DNA of 63,308 bases, counting the filler, from Choristocarpus tenellus KU-1152 (taxonomy: Eukaryota; Protista; Phaeophyceae): NCBI GenBank assembly GCA_964200185.2. It is 10 parts of 10 records of this genome, joined end to end, with 100 filler letters (N's around TTAATTAATTAA, not from the genome) between each part and the next. Parts side by side here need not be neighbours in the genome. Positions count along the whole stretch, not along the records: positions 1 to 15,020 come from CAXNAD020001075.1; positions 15,121 to 21,273 come from CAXNAD020008812.1; positions 21,374 to 30,701 come from CAXNAD020003775.1; 7 more parts are not named here. One strand, written 5' to 3'. Positions 13,600 through 27,147 of the stretch are shown piece after piece; positions within the stretch are counted from its first letter, which is position 1; each line of letters begins with the position of its first letter. The position numbers and the translations under genes were made by a program. Under the pieces are notes generated by a model. That model was not told the DNA's origin. It ran no database searches and worked only from the letters and a program-made list of their open reading frames with translations.

Positions 13600-14400
13600 T
13601 AGTGGAGGCACGAAGTCGTCTGGTAGAAATAAGATTCAATGCATTGTACCGAATCATGTTAGGTCCATACCTCGTTGTACCTACTACCGTAAGGAAGGCC
13701 TCTCCGATTTATCCGCTCTAGGATTATGCTTTTCAGATTACTGGCATTGATATGTCCAACAGGGCTTAACTCGTCATGAGGAACAAGATGGTGGCCACTC
13801 CCCACTCTGATTCGTCCTGTCTGTGTGAGGATGTCATTTTGACCTAGTGTACACATCGTCACGGTTGGCAGTTTATTTTACTTGCGAATGTTCGCATCCC
13901 CACTATTGTTCCGAATGGTTTGAATAGAATTTCAATATTCACACCCAGGACGACAACATATGCTTGCAAAATATAAAGTTTATCGGTTTAACACAGTACA
14001 CACAATAGTTACCCTGACAAGAAGAAAGGGACATTGTCATAAGTGATAGAACAAATGGCCCGACTGAGTATTTTCTAGACAGTGGATGCTTCAGAGCAGA
14101 GAAAAGGTTCAAAACGGGTGTTACAGAGTAAATGGTCCCACCCATTGTCTTTAGACGAATGTTCCAAGGTGAAAATAATAGCCCCAAAGATTTGCAGGAC
14201 AACTGATGTTACACAGCAAATGACACCAGGCATTCAGTGGACACATAAGAAATTCTGAGTGATTATTTTGAACAGCAGACAGAAGAATATTTTTCCTTCT
14301 TTGTGCCTCGTTTCTCCTATCGAACTTCTGCAACATGTCGTCCACCCATCTCTTTCATTGCTCTACTTTGCAACCTCTTCTGCCTCTGGGCTGAGAAGAA
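13600..14400 (-). mobile_element. Decayed piggyBac-like (PGBD) transposase remnant
   Basis: Broken frames contain TPVLNLF..KYSVGPFVLSLMTM..G..Y..KP and ERINRRGLP, resembling the piggyBac PG..LSIDE.M..G...Y...KP and GT.R.NRRGLP motifs. Many stops and frameshifts; boundaries approximate. Confidence 0.4.
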
Positions 14401-14878
14401 TAAACACACGAGTGTGACGTGGTAACAAGTAATCTGGCGAATGGTGAAGTGTGCTGGATTGGACAAGTGCTGATGCAATTATATAGGACAGATGGACTTG
14501 AGGATATACTGGAAAATGGATGTTATAGATGGAGCAAATGAAACCAGACATTGATCTGATTGCAGAGGCTAAGGTGCAAGCCTAGTGCTAGAAACTAGAT
14601 GTCGTAGAGCAAATAATGAACTTGGCCAATATATATGGATAACCATAATCAACGGACATCATAGTAGATCAACTAGCCCTCGAACATTGTCATGGTAGTA
14701 GTGGGCCTCACAGATCATATCAGAACAAAACTTGTCCTGTATATGGCTGAAAGTTACTAGGCTGATGCATCACTGAATGTTATTTTGTTGTCTCGGGTGT
14801 GTACATCATTTGTCATTGTGAACTGGCGTTACATTGCCTACTAGCATTAATGTTTTGCGGAATGAATCTCTCCGCAGT

Positions 14879-14935
14879 GAGCCAAAGTAAACAAGAGGCG
14901 CAAGGTTTGCATTTTTTAGATGCCATCAAATGTTT
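14879..14935 (+). mobile_element. Terminus of MITE family C (GAGCCAAAGTAAAC...)
   Basis: gagccaaagtaaacaagag matches the right TIR (reverse complement) of the intact copy at 55678-55936. Confidence 0.55.
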
Positions 14936-15020
14936 TGCATATATATATTCGGCATATTTGTGTTAGGCAGGGTCCAATCAGTCGTGGGGGGTGTTTAGAA
15001 TCACCAGTTGTGTCATGGTG

Positions 15021-15120
15021 NNNNNNNNNNNNNNNNNNNNNNNNNNNNNNNNNNNNNNNNNNNNTTAATTAATTAANNNNNNNNNNNNNNNNNNNNNNNN
15101 NNNNNNNNNNNNNNNNNNNN
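15021..15120. other. Artificial contig linker N44-TTAATTAATTAA-N44; also at 21274-21373, 30702-30801, 34720-34819, 39429-39528, 43840-43939, 50792-50891, 56425-56524 and 59426-59525
   Basis: An identical 100-bp block whose core gives stop codons in all six frames occurs nine times. Confidence 0.98.
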
Positions 15121-15481
15121 GTCGAGGGTGGGCGGGGGGGGTGGAGGTGGGAGGCGTGGGGTGTCGGTGCATGGGGGGGGATGTGCCGCTAGTTTTTTAG
15201 TCTTTTTTTTACCCTTTGAGTTTTTTTTCTCTCGTTCTGTAGGCGTAGAGTGCATTTCAGTTCTTGCAGAAGCTATCCTTGTTGTCCTTATTGATGCCCT
15301 TGTTTGGATGTCTTTGTCTGACAATGATCTGGGATAAAAACAATAAAAAAAACCCTTGAATTTTGAAACGGATCGAACAGCATCCATCACTTCTCACAGC
15401 AATCACCTTGACTCTTTTCATTTGTTTGAAATCAATGTTGTATTTATGCATGTGTGTGTGTGTGTGTATATTATGACACAG

Positions 15482-16556
15482 GTGGAGGTGATGTTGGGTG
15501 TGAAGCAGCCTACCCCTGAGGTGGCGGTGACGTTGGAGAGACATGGGGTACAGCCTAAGGACTTTTGTAAGGCAAAGTTCCTGCGTCTGACTGACCTTCC
15601 TCCCAAGGTAGGTGCACTGTGAAGGACAGACACTGACACAGACACAGACACAGACGTATCTTTTCGTCCAAGTTTGAATTGATCAAAATGATTTCAAATT
15701 GGTTTCAAATTATTTTCTTGGTTTTGTGGACCCTATGCTTTGTATGCACACGTTTTTGCATCATGTACAACATACTAGTAGTAGTATAGTATGACATCAT
15801 AGTGACATTTTTTTTCTTATTATCACGGTGGTCAGGAAAATGTGTGGCAGAAATTTCTCTCAATATATAGACACATACATAGTAGTCCAAGAGTGTAATG
15901 GATATTGTTCATTTTCTTGAGATGTTTCTTTTTTTTATATCTAATATATTTAAGACTGTTCAGGCTGCCAAAAATGAGAGCCTGGATATTGTTTTGCTGT
16001 GGTCCAAAGGGTCTGCCTCCCCCACCAGTGGTTTCTTCAGGTTCTTAAATATTTATTTATAGTTTGTATGCCCGTGTTCAGTTTTTTTTTATTGAGGTTG
16101 GTTTGAAGATGCATCAGAGTGACTGCAGAGTACTCTGGAGTTATTTTTTAACATTTATATTATACTATAGTATGTTATAGAATACTTAGAAATAGAGTTA
16201 ATAAAATAATTTATTAAGGGTGGTTTGAAGATACATTAGAGTGACTCCAGGGTACACTCTGGAGTGGATCTATTTTACTACTTTTTACTTTTTGTTATTA
16301 TATTGAGCTGCACAAATTCAAATGTGCTACAAAGTACCAATATTTTTTGGGGGGGAGTGGGGGGAGGAGGTGAGGGTTAGGGCTAGGGTTGTTATAAGTA
16401 TGTACATCATTAATGTGAAGTGGGGTCGACATTTAGTTGAGAGTCGCATTGCTACTACATTTTTGAGGTAGACTGGAGAACCGTTTGCAGTATTGTGTGC
16501 CTCCTAGGTCTGGGATTGTAGGAACTCTCCCCAAAAAAATCGCCAGGGCTGGATAG
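15482..16556 (+). CDS. 3' exons of an unidentified protein (5' end lost at the contig edge)
   Basis: Phase-consistent GT-AG exons 15482-15607, 15964-16040 and 16508-16556 give VEVMLGVKQPTPEVAVTLERHGVQPKDFCKAKFLRLTDLPPKAAKNESLDIVLLWSKGSASPTSGFFRSGIVGTLPKKIARAG*. No family recognised. Confidence 0.5.
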
Positions 16557-16733
16557 GTAGGTAAGTAGCATTGTTGTCATGCCCTACATTGTATGATGGC
16601 AAGCTTTGGAATCTGTTCAAAAGTCTATGGGTGGAAAACCATTCTGACTAGAACGCAAAATGTCTCATTTTCTGATTTCAAGTAGCTATTGAGATGGAAG
16701 AATAGGGGGTGGTGTGGAAACAGGCTCCATCGG

Positions 16734-17097
16734 GTAGAAGAGAAGGGTTGTATGACAACACACTATTAGTACTATACGTAGAAAGGAAGGGTTGTATGAC
16801 AATACACTATTAGTACTATACATAGAAGGGAAGGGTTGTATGACAACACACTATTAGTACTATACGTAGAAGGGAAGGGTTGTATGACAATACACTATTA
16901 GTACTATACATAGAAGGGAAGGGTTGTATGACAACACACTATTAATATTATAAGTAGAAGAGAAGGGTTGTATGACAATACACTATTAGTACTATACGTA
17001 GAAGGGAAGGGTTGTATGACAACGCACTATTAATATTATAAGTAGAAGAAAAGGGTTGTATGACAATGCACTAATAATACTATAGGTAGAAGAAAAG
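16734..17097. repeat. 44-bp minisatellite, 8 full copies plus a partial copy
   Basis: Unit gtagaagggaagggttgtatgacaaYacactattagtactatac, head-to-tail, no spacers. Confidence 0.95.
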
Positions 17098-19157
17098 TGA
17101 GGTGATCTGACGATATCTACAGATATATGCCACTTTGTGTCTAGGGATAGTGATATAGCTACTATGTGTATTAGTTTCTTGAGTATCGACTACATGTCGA
17201 TTTAGTGCATGGTGAGTCATTGGATTCAGAGTCAAAAACCGAAATTGTCCAGGGGTGTAAATCGGCTTGGTACCTTCATTCTGAACTCTTTTTTTTTTAC
17301 TGAGGAAGAGCTTGTTGGTGGTATGTTGTCTTCAAGGTTGTACCATCAGCGATAAGCCATTACACATCATTCCGACCTATGGACCCTCTCACATGATATT
17401 GGCGGCGGTATCTGATTTGGCTGGAAACTCTACAGCCTGTCAAGTCACTTCTTTGAGTGTTGCTTGTTTGTCAAGAAGATAGTGTGTAGCGGGTAAGAAT
17501 GGCAAGAACTGCAGCGTGGAGTGCTTGTGAATATATATAGATACGTGCATCTATGTATTATGTGTGTGTGTATATATGTATCTATATGCATGTGTGTGTT
17601 TCAATCTTTGTGATGTGTTCGCAAGCTTAAGCATGCAGTGTTGTAAGTAAGATTACAAGAGTGGACTTGACTGAGAGTGGTGTGTGTTTTGGCTGTTGGA
17701 AGTTTTCGTGGAATTTTCCATTTAAGTAAAATGATATACGATGAAGTCATTCGAAAAACAAGCATCGACAAATTAAACTTGCTTCTGGAAAACTGAATGT
17801 ACCCACAAACCAGCCACAATGCACTCCACCGATGTGGACTGGGTGCTAAGAAAAATGTTCCACCAGGAAGTCAGAGGGACCCTTAGTACTCAGCAGAACC
17901 CCCCTAGTTGCTTTGTCTGTCTCAAGGAAGTGAGGTGCATCGGTTTTGTATTGTACTGTTATGTATTGCCAGGCACATGCTTTCATAGATACCTGTTTTA
18001 AGGTGCTCGGAGGTAAGGAGATAGCTGAAGCCACTCAGTATATGACCTTCATGACCTTCATGTACACCCTCCCTGCGTGAGTTTTCTTGGGATTCAACTC
18101 CTCATGTCGCTGACTGAATAACCATGCTGTTGAGAGCCTCATCCTGATCACTGAAATCGCGACTATATTTCTTTTGTTGACGTTATTGCTTACCCCCTCT
18201 TCTCTACGTTTTTTTGTCTCCTGTAAGTAACGGTTTTTTCTTGTTTGGTATCATTTCGACAGCATTAATAGTATCATTTCCTAGCCGCAACACTAACCCT
18301 AAGTCTCACCTGATGAGAATGAAAAGAACATCAACAGTGGTTTATATTGGTTAGATGGTAGTACTTTGTAAGTTAGGATTTGTTCTTTTTTTTCGGTTTT
18401 AGTACTGACTTCAAGTCCTGCCCCCATTCGACATAGATAGCAGCTCCTTACACCCCACAAATGTGAGGCAATGCTTCCTGCCAATAAATAACGAATTTAT
18501 TTTGGTACACTTGTCCCCTCCCCCCCCCACCTCCCCGTTCCATCCGTAACAGGTCAGCTAGATACATATCAACAGCATTAACATACACATTAATTGGTTT
18601 GATGGGGCTCTTCCTGATGGTCGCTAGGGGTACCTTCCTAAAGTGTTTTTTCGTTTAATTCTGCTGTTGGAAAGAGCATATTTGTTAAACTTTAATTTCC
18701 CGCTTGTGTCTGTGAGGGGAGGTTCACGGGTGGGTTGTGAGTGTAGATGAGGTGTGTTGCTATCTCTCTCTCCCCCATGGTGAATTATGATATTACTATG
18801 GAGATATATTTTATTGACAAGCTCCTCCTGTTCTAGTTTTCTTGTGTTTGGCAATCTTAGCTATAAGAGTAAGTAGTGATAGTTGCATCTTGTTGAATAG
18901 GGTGGGCGTGGTGAGAGGCTCTTGATTGGAAAAGCAAACCACCCAGCGACCTACTTACGTACAGACCTATTGGCCTGTGCGTCCATGGCAGGGTTGATGT
19001 GCTGAGCAGTGGATTAGGTACCTCTGTAGTCAAATTATGTAGAGAGGTGCAGCGCTCAGTAGCAGCTGACCAACCATCGTACTGAAGAGGCGTACTGATT
19101 ATTGTGCAGACATGATGCTTACAGGTTTTGTTGTCTAGTTTTGTAACTGGTTTATTT

Positions 19158-19188
<31 letters not shown>

Positions 19189-19599
19189 CGTGAGAGTTAG
19201 GGTGGTTAGGTTGACAGTGGCAGGAGGGGGAGGGAAAGAATGGGGTGGGCGTTGGGTGCTGAGGGTGATTGATTTCACTTGTATTTGGATGAGGAGACTT
19301 CACAAGGGAAGGGGCATTATTTTTTGTTATCGTTTTTGGAGTTGAAACTTACATGTCCTCTATTGTTGCAGAGTCATGCCAACCTGTTCAAGGCGAGGGA
19401 GTAGGGGAGATGTACATGCAGGGTAGAAAAAACGCTCCTTTTGTCTTTCTCTTTCTCGCTGATTTTTGATGCTTTGCTTGGCCGAAGGAAGGATGGAAGG
19501 AAGAAGGGCCGTTATTCTCAACGAGGAAATGTTTTCTTTCTTCACCGAACAGTGACGTGAGCACCATTACCTGATGTCATATTTTTGTTGTTGTATGAA

Positions 19600-19860
19600 T
19601 GGAATGTCGCCATTTGTTTTTTAACTGCAGACTTGGGGAACGTAGACATCTTGTATGTTTCCATATAGTGGGGGGAAAAGTCGAGACAATGTTTTCTCCA
19701 ATTATATGAACGACCCGACCCCCTAGGTATTGCTGTCCTTGAACCAATATGCAGGATGCATTTGTATTGTTTTCTTTTGGCAGTATGCCCCATCTTCCCA
19801 CCCCTATATTGGCGTAATTCTTTACGTTCTTGTTTTTGTTACGAAGCGCATATACAAACG
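19600..19860 (-). mobile_element. Possible BED-zinc-finger (hAT-type) transposase remnant
   Basis: KCIL..GSRTAIPRGSGRSYNWRKH resembles the BED finger C..C...RGS.TSNL.RH pattern; the frame is broken. Confidence 0.25.
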
Positions 19861-20249
19861 TTGCCTTCTTCTGGATGACATCGCTCTCCGGAGTCTCCCG
19901 AGGAAGCGCTTTTGGGTTATAGGGTTGTGCTTGAGGTGGTGTGGTTGTGCATGAGTGATTATTGTGGATGTTTGATTGCTTCAATGACTCTTTTTGGGGG
20001 GCTGCGACGATTGCTTTTATTTCTTTGAATACTTCAACTACTTTCTGGAAGAAGGGTGTCAAGGAAAGTGTTTTTTTTTACATTATCGATGCCAATCTTT
20101 TTTTTTAGCGTTGTTATACTATACATGTCTTGTGCTTGCCTTTTTTTTGTTCTTTTGAGTGTTCTTTTGATCAACAGTCAATGTTATACTAGTATGTACA
20201 TAATATATATATATATATGATTGCTACTACTCTTTTGTCTGTCATCTAC

Positions 20250-20545
20250 TAATATGGAGCACATAGAATGGCAACAGTGCGATTGCTGACCAGGTCATCC
20301 AGTGCAACCTGCCTCTTTTCCAAGATGAAAGACACAGCAGAAAGTGACATCATGTGCATGGCATTCGTCCCAAGCTTAAATCGTGGCAAAAGGTATGGAG
20401 AATGGACTTTGTTTGCGATCATGTGGACCGGAAATGTGGCGTGTACGCCTCCATGGCGAACACAACCCATGTGGATGAAACCTGGTTTTACGTAATGGCT
20501 GATGGGGAGAGGGTTAGGGTGGCATTTGTTGTGTCTCGTCTGTAA
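20250..20545 (+). mobile_element. Mariner (DD39D-type) transposase fragment
   Basis: IRPKLKSWQKVWRMDF..MANTTHVDETWFYVMADGERVRV matches the plant/stramenopile mariner KP.L...K..R..F...VHVDEKWFY motif. Confidence 0.8.
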
Positions 20546-21031
20546 AAAGTGTGTATACCTTGAAATGGAAGCACCGGAAATGCTCAAAAACTGTACCAGT
20601 ATCTAGATGGGATTTGCAAGTTGTTATGTCTTAGATAGGAGGAACGCATTAAACAGACCCTTGCAGACTCCGAAAGCAGTCAGTGGTGCTCTGTGTCTAA
20701 TGGTGCCCCAACTACTCCTTTTTCAACCCCTCCTGCCCACCCACCCCTCTCTATTTACCACTTCAATATTTCCTGGTTTATATTCAACCGATAGACAACA
20801 CAATGAAGAACGATTTTCAACGTATCTAACATAATGAAGGGGGTAAGTTATGGGGCATTTAACCAAAATCATGCATGGAGATTTGACTCCACACTACTCT
20901 GCTACTCTAGGTGGTACTGACACGGTCTGTACCTAGTGTCTGTACCACCGTCATTATTATTTTTTTAATTGAGTTTGTACTTGGAAGTATTATTTATGCC
21001 CTCTTGACATTTTGCACATGTGTCAGGAAAA

Positions 21032-21273
21032 GAGTGAAAGTATGTTAGGGTTAGGGTACGAGTTTTGCCCTGTTTGTCCGTTTGGGGATTGACTTCCCAC
21101 GAGTTTTTTATGACATCTTAGGAAGCGTTGATATCCTTGTTCCAGACACACCTTTTCAGAATTATACATTTTACCTACTCCAAAACATTTCGGAGTAAGT
21201 AAGCATGATAGACAAAATTACACCAAAATCGCAACATTGGATTTTGGCCCCAAAACGGATGCGGCTCTACCCT
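21032..21273 (+). mobile_element. MITE family A copy (right end cut by the contig end)
   Basis: Co-linear with the copies at 29603, 48307 and 61551. Its left TIR carries a telomere-like insertion. Confidence 0.9.
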
Positions 21274-21900
21274 NNNNNNNNNNNNNNNNNNNNNNNNNNN
21301 NNNNNNNNNNNNNNNNNTTAATTAATTAANNNNNNNNNNNNNNNNNNNNNNNNNNNNNNNNNNNNNNNNNNNNGGCGATCACGGGGTGGGATGCAGCGGG
21401 AGGTTGTTTTCAGCTCACTGTTGATGACTACCCAGTTGCAGACTGTTGGCAGATAAGAGGTTGAAATGCATTTGTAATGGTTGTGTTGATGGAGAAAGAG
21501 CAATGTAAACCTTTTTTTCTCGGGGGAACTACAGAACTACAGATGCGTGGCCTTTTTGTGACAATGTGTGATTGTATTCTAGAGTAACTGTGCTGAAGTA
21601 AAAAATACTAAAGGGATCTGTTTTGTTTTTTCCTTAGGGTAGAGCTGTGTTGTGGTATTGTACATTGCAATCGGGGAAGAGTGGACCATCCGTGAATATC
21701 GGCCGGAAGACAGATAGTCCATAGTGTTCCATCACAAGGCACTTTACATTCCAGGATAGGTTAAGGAAGTCACACCCTGCCGTAGCAGGTGCAATTGCAG
21801 TCGATCTATAACCCTAACCCTACCGTTCCCATGCTATCACTGTGCGCGTTTTCCTCCTTTTTTTTCGTCTTCCTGGGTTAATCTGTTGGGCTGTTTGTAG

Positions 21901-24900
21901 CGCAAGGAAGCAGAAATCGGACTGGAGTATGCTCTGAAGCACTGCCACAGGGACGCAGTCCACAACAAGCGACGAATCCTGCAGAATTTAGTCCCAATAC
22001 GGATGCGGATGGGTGAGGTGTTATGCTTTTGCAACGGTGGTAGTCCTTGTTGGATGAGTACTGTGTTGCCATTGTGTCAGACTTGTTATTATGGCATTGG
22101 TACCCGAATGGAGTGTTCGTAGTACTTTTTTGTCGTGTCTGCATACACTGCGGTGGGGGTGGCTGGAGGTGTAGGGTTAGGGTTAGGGTAGACACAAATT
22201 GTAGGTTGTTGTACACTTGGTATATGGTACTTGCATTTTAGCATATTGGATCATTACGTGTGATTGTCCTAAAGGTCACCCAAGCAATGCTCTTGCTGAA
22301 GTCGTCGAGTGCTTATTGCATATACTGCAAGTCGACTGAAGGAAGAGTTCTTGTAGGAGTACACAGACTGTGGTTTCTAGTGTCTTCTAAGATTTGATTG
22401 GATTCTTGAGGCTTTGAAGGTGGGATGGATTGCAGAGTAGTGGGACTGACCATACAGTTTGAGATGCCGTTGCAGGAATAGGAGGTATAGGAGGTAACGT
22501 TGTGTGCCATCAGGAGGCAGATCTGATGCAAGCGGGGCCGATGAAGCTGTGACTTAAGGGGTTCGGTGAACAGATGAGAGGCAGTGGCTGGTGGTTCCAG
22601 TTCCGGTTTGCATTAGATAACTCATGCCCCGAGATTTGATGGGGGTGGTACAACCACACTACTGCATGAGCACCAGTGTCCCTATGAGCGATGCCCTACA
22701 GATACAGGAAAGAGTGTGTAACATTTGGATGACTAAAACTTTCTTATGTGTCTATAAAATTCCATACAGAGGGTTTTCGTTCAGGCCGTATTCAGATATG
22801 TGCTCAAGGACACACGGACTGATGCAATAGAGGAATGGACTGCTGACCACCTTAAAGCTTGTGGCAAGAGTCTTGGAAAGATCAGTTCCTCATGGTCGGT
22901 GAGATCAAGGGCAAGCTGATCAATCTGGCCAGGACAAGCCGTGCAGCTTGGATAGAGCACATGCCATCCGGGCATGTGTCAATAACTTCGTATCTGATGT
23001 CCACCACCTAGTTAAGGGTATTTTTTGGTGAAGTGTGAGGCAAGTGATAGAGAAGTGTTAAGAGGGACCAGGAAGGTTGCTATTGAGGACTTTCCTTACC
23101 GGGCTAAGGCCTGTGTAACTCAGAGAGCAGGTGACGGGTCAGTGAAATGTCAACCCAGTGCCAAAGAGGACCCAGGTGCTCCTTTTGCTTTCATCCTCAC
23201 CCAAATGGAGAGATGGGGCATTGAAGAGGGTGCCATCATGGTGTACAGGGCAAGTATTGGAAAGTCTCTCACTGTAGGGTGAAAAAAAAATGAGGCAATT
23301 TCCAGGACTGGTGTAAGGGCCCAGGCAGCACTTGTGGAAATTTGTGACCCTCCTCTGGGGATGCCGTGTTGCTAGGAAACCCTAGTGACCAGCAGTTTTT
23401 AGTTGAATGTTCAGTGCATCCTGTAGTGTGTTGAGGTTAGTGTTGTGTCAGGAGATATTTTTGAAGTGTGTTTTGTTGAACTGTCACTTTGCTACTTTGG
23501 TTTTGAAGTGGTGTGGTGTGGTGTGCCGGAGTGAGGCCCCGAGTGTGTTGGAATAAAAATTAAAAAAAAGCAAAAATGTACGACAGTTGCACTGCATGCC
23601 GGGGAGGGGGGGGGTTTCGCTAGCACTAATTTATGATTCGGAGTTGAGTGAACTTTATTAAAAGGGACTTTGCATGTATGTGTGTGTGTGTGTGCGCTGC
23701 CAGAAGTCATAAGAACACTGGGTATAATTGTTCTAATGACGGAGTAAGTAAGATACTGCCTTGCCATCTACAGTTCCCCGCAAGGCTCTCTGATTCTGCC
23801 ATAAAATTGTCCCATTCTGTGGGTTTTGTTGATAATCGGTTTCAAAAGGAGCTGGTTTGGCACAGCCGGTGATACTTCTTTCACTGCATTGCCAATTTTT
23901 GCGTTGGTGATACTCTCAATGCCTTCCATTGTTCTCGGTGCTGCAAAAGTGGTTCATCCCTTCCTCTTACCCCTCAACGTACTGGCCCCCACTCTGGGTG
24001 ATGCTTGCCGTCCTGCGATGTTGATGATGGTATCCCAGGGATATTCCCAACCAGGGCATTGCTGGCCAAGTATGATCTGGGGTTGTTCAATGACTACGCT
24101 GTTGCAATTCGGTGAGACAATCTCTTTCTTTTCTTTTGTTTTTGTGCACAGCAAGTGGGCAGTTGTTGTTTTTTTAAGAGAATGCGTTCTTTTTTTATTT
24201 CGAGTGTGGTGTAGAGTGGGTACATCGACCAGTCAGGGATACGATCGGAGCAGCCACACACGAGCATTGGCACTGACAAAAAAAAAAATGTGATCTCTTG
24301 CATTGTGTTCGAGTGAGGTTGGTGTGATTGTTATCACCTTCCCCCCCTCCCCTAGGTCTTCCTCGAGCTCCAATGTTGGTGGGGTCCCTTCCCTTTTGTA
24401 AGAAAGAATTTTTTGCATCCTTATCTCCCTGGTCTGGGGCATGATATGATTGAGTGTGAGTGACCTAGTCCACGATGAAATGTACAGACTATATTTTGCG
24501 CCCATCCTCCAGATCCGGACACGCAGGGGATTTTGACAAGCTCATGGTGCGAGACAAGGATCTCTTCACTCTGACAGAGCTTGAGCTTCCAATGGAAAAC
24601 TCTCGGTTGTTGGTCTACAGGCAAGTCCTTTGGAAAATGTGAGTTGTTTTACGCTGTGAAGGTACACCTGAATCACCTCACATGATTATTGCGGTGGAGG
24701 TTTTGTCCTCATGTCTCCTGCTTCAGTTGTAGTGTAAGTGACTGGATGGATTTCTATTGCTTAAATGAGGTTACAGGGGCACCTCCTGCGAATTGTTTGT
24801 AGGTTTTCTGGGTCACTTGACTAGACAAAGTTTCATCTTCCCATAGTATGTGTAGCCGACTATTGGCTATCTGGGGCATATATCAATGAGCCCAGCAACC

Positions 24901-26435
24901 TGAGCAGGAGAAAGGGAAGTGTGCGTATTGAGATATTTGCCTCGTGTAATGCTTGTATGTGAACAATGTTGCTATCAGGTGTCTCCCCATAGCAAAGGTC
25001 ATGATGTTGTCCCCACTGTGGTAGGACCATTGTAGTGGTACCTGTTGTTTAGACTGTTGAGGCGAGAGGTAACGTGGGACAAGTACGTTCACTGATCAAG
25101 AGGGGCGCACTGGCCATCAGATGATCATTGCTTGACACCAGTGATTGCCGATTTTGTCAGATATTAAAGTCATTCATAGATGTTATCTGTCTAGTACCTG
25201 TTATTGAGTGAATCAATGCCCGAGATAGGTTCCTATTTCTTTTCATGTGTAACGGTCGTTACATCGCCAAGGATTGAGCAGGTGAGCGGGTTTACTCAAG
25301 GTGGAACTGCTCTACCATCATCCCGTGCTATGAATATACGCGATTCCAAAGTTCATTCTATTCTAATCTGCTGGCCTACTGTTACAACCTTGTCTTTGTT
25401 GTATCCTCACAACCTCAATTCGATACTTCTCATCTGACCATTTTATCCCAGGAGTACTCAGGGATCAATCTTGACAACCCCTAGACTATATTGAGGCACT
25501 TAGATTCTCTTCATTGAGTACAGTCGGCGTGTGCATTTGACTGAAATGCACAGAGCTCTTTTGTGAACAGAAAACACACAAGCACACACACGGCCATGAG
25601 ACTTTGTTCTGTCTCGAAGATGCCAGTTGGTCATCCAATGAGATGGCTCCACCCCCACCCTTTTGCCTCACACAATGTCGCAGAGTTCGAGCGATAGATA
25701 GCCGTCGACTGCCATTTTCATTGGTGGTTTCTGGTCTGAATTTTTACGGGAAGGAGATGGACATAGATGAAGTGGAGTTTATGATCATCAGGCTTATTGA
25801 TGAGGTCAGTTGCTGTGAGATTTTATAGAGGCGATCCTGTCTTTCTTTGTGTGAGGTGAGGTGGTCATGCCTATATTTTTTTTATCAAAAAAGACACTGT
25901 ATAAGAACGTGACAGGTGAGGGGGTAGGAAATGTTGCAGGGTACATTTATCCGATTTGCTCAGTGTTGCATATAGACTTTCCCATTGGTGCAAATACTTA
26001 TTTCTGATTGTTTTGCCCTCTGTTGTTGATCTTGGGGTGGCTTATATCCCTTGTCCTTTGAAAGGTGCTGTCACCACTTCCCTAATGAAGAGGGAAAAAA
26101 ATTATAGTTGAGTGCATAGTCTTGTAGAGGTTTACGGGTGCATTTCATACTTTGAAGTGAGTCTACAGTCAAGTCAGTATTCTGCGGTCAGACTGAATCT
26201 AGAAGAGTGATTATTTGTGGGCCTATGAAACTTTACATCTTGATCTTGTAGTGGTAGGTCGGTTAATTGCACATATGACTATTAACTGACCCTTTCCCGG
26301 AACCCCCTGTTGTTGAACACTGTACTGAACAAACTTTGTGTGCAGGGCCTTCTGAGGGGACTTGTTAATCATGAATCAAAGGTGCTCACTATCCCGAGTG
26401 ACAAGGGGCGAGCATTTCCACCATTACGAAGATGA
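21901..26435 (+). CDS. PCID2: PCI-domain protein, PCID2/THP1/CSN12-like (3' part)
   Basis: Phase-consistent exons 21901-22012, 24039-24111, 24513-24638, 25684-25804 and 26346-26435 give AEIGLEYALKHCH..HNKRRILQNLVPIRMRMGIFPTRALLAKYDL..MDIDEVEFMIIRLIDEGLLRGLVNHESKVL..AFPPL. Confidence 0.85.
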
Positions 26436-26939
26436 CTCCTGTTGAAGTTACAAGGTGTTGGACAGCTTGTACAATATGAGGACAAGAAGGGTTATTGCGC
26501 GTCTTCATTCATACAACCACTCAATCTGGCAGTGATGTTTGTTGCTGTTGAGGACCAGACCAGTGATGAGTGACTATTCAATGAGGCTATGCCTGGTCCT
26601 GGTTGGCGATGATCTTCATAAATTACATTTCATGGTACCAGAGAGATTTTCTTCATAGTAAGAAAACAAAACCCAAGAGGGTATATTCTTGTTTTTCCGC
26701 CAATCTTTGTGAATGAATAAAACGATTTTTTGGTGCCCCTCACCAACTGCCATAAAGACAATGATGTAGCAATGTGTGCATTACTCTGCTCTATAGTTCT
26801 TATACTGGGACGTTTTGATTTCCAGCCCATAGAAGAGCAGAGCATACCCAAGAATATTCCGAAGGGATTTGCACCTTGGAATTGAGGGTTGAAATGGAGT
26901 AAATAACACAAGGAGTGAACTGATACAGAGACCACAACA

Positions 26940-27147
26940 GAGTCGAACCAATTGAGAGGTAGGCAGGTTTGGAACCTTTCTGTATTCTAAGCCGTCAATC
27001 TTACCCTGTGCAATACACCCTACTTCATTACCTTATATGTGCAATAGTGTACACAAAATTGACCTTCCCCCTTTCCGCACACAAAACGTTTTACCCTTTC
27101 TCAGGATCCTTAATATCTAACCCTGCCTACCTCAGTTGGTTTGAAAG
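26940..27147 (+). mobile_element. MITE family B (~205 bp); related fragments at ~29490-29582 (-) and ~42040-42094
   Basis: Inverted termini gagtcgaaccaattgagaggtaggcagg ... ccctgcctacctcagttggtttga. Internal sequence is shared with the other two loci. Confidence 0.75.

Noticed and set aside
16734-17097. Possible CRISPR array
   Set aside because: Units are contiguous with no unique spacers.
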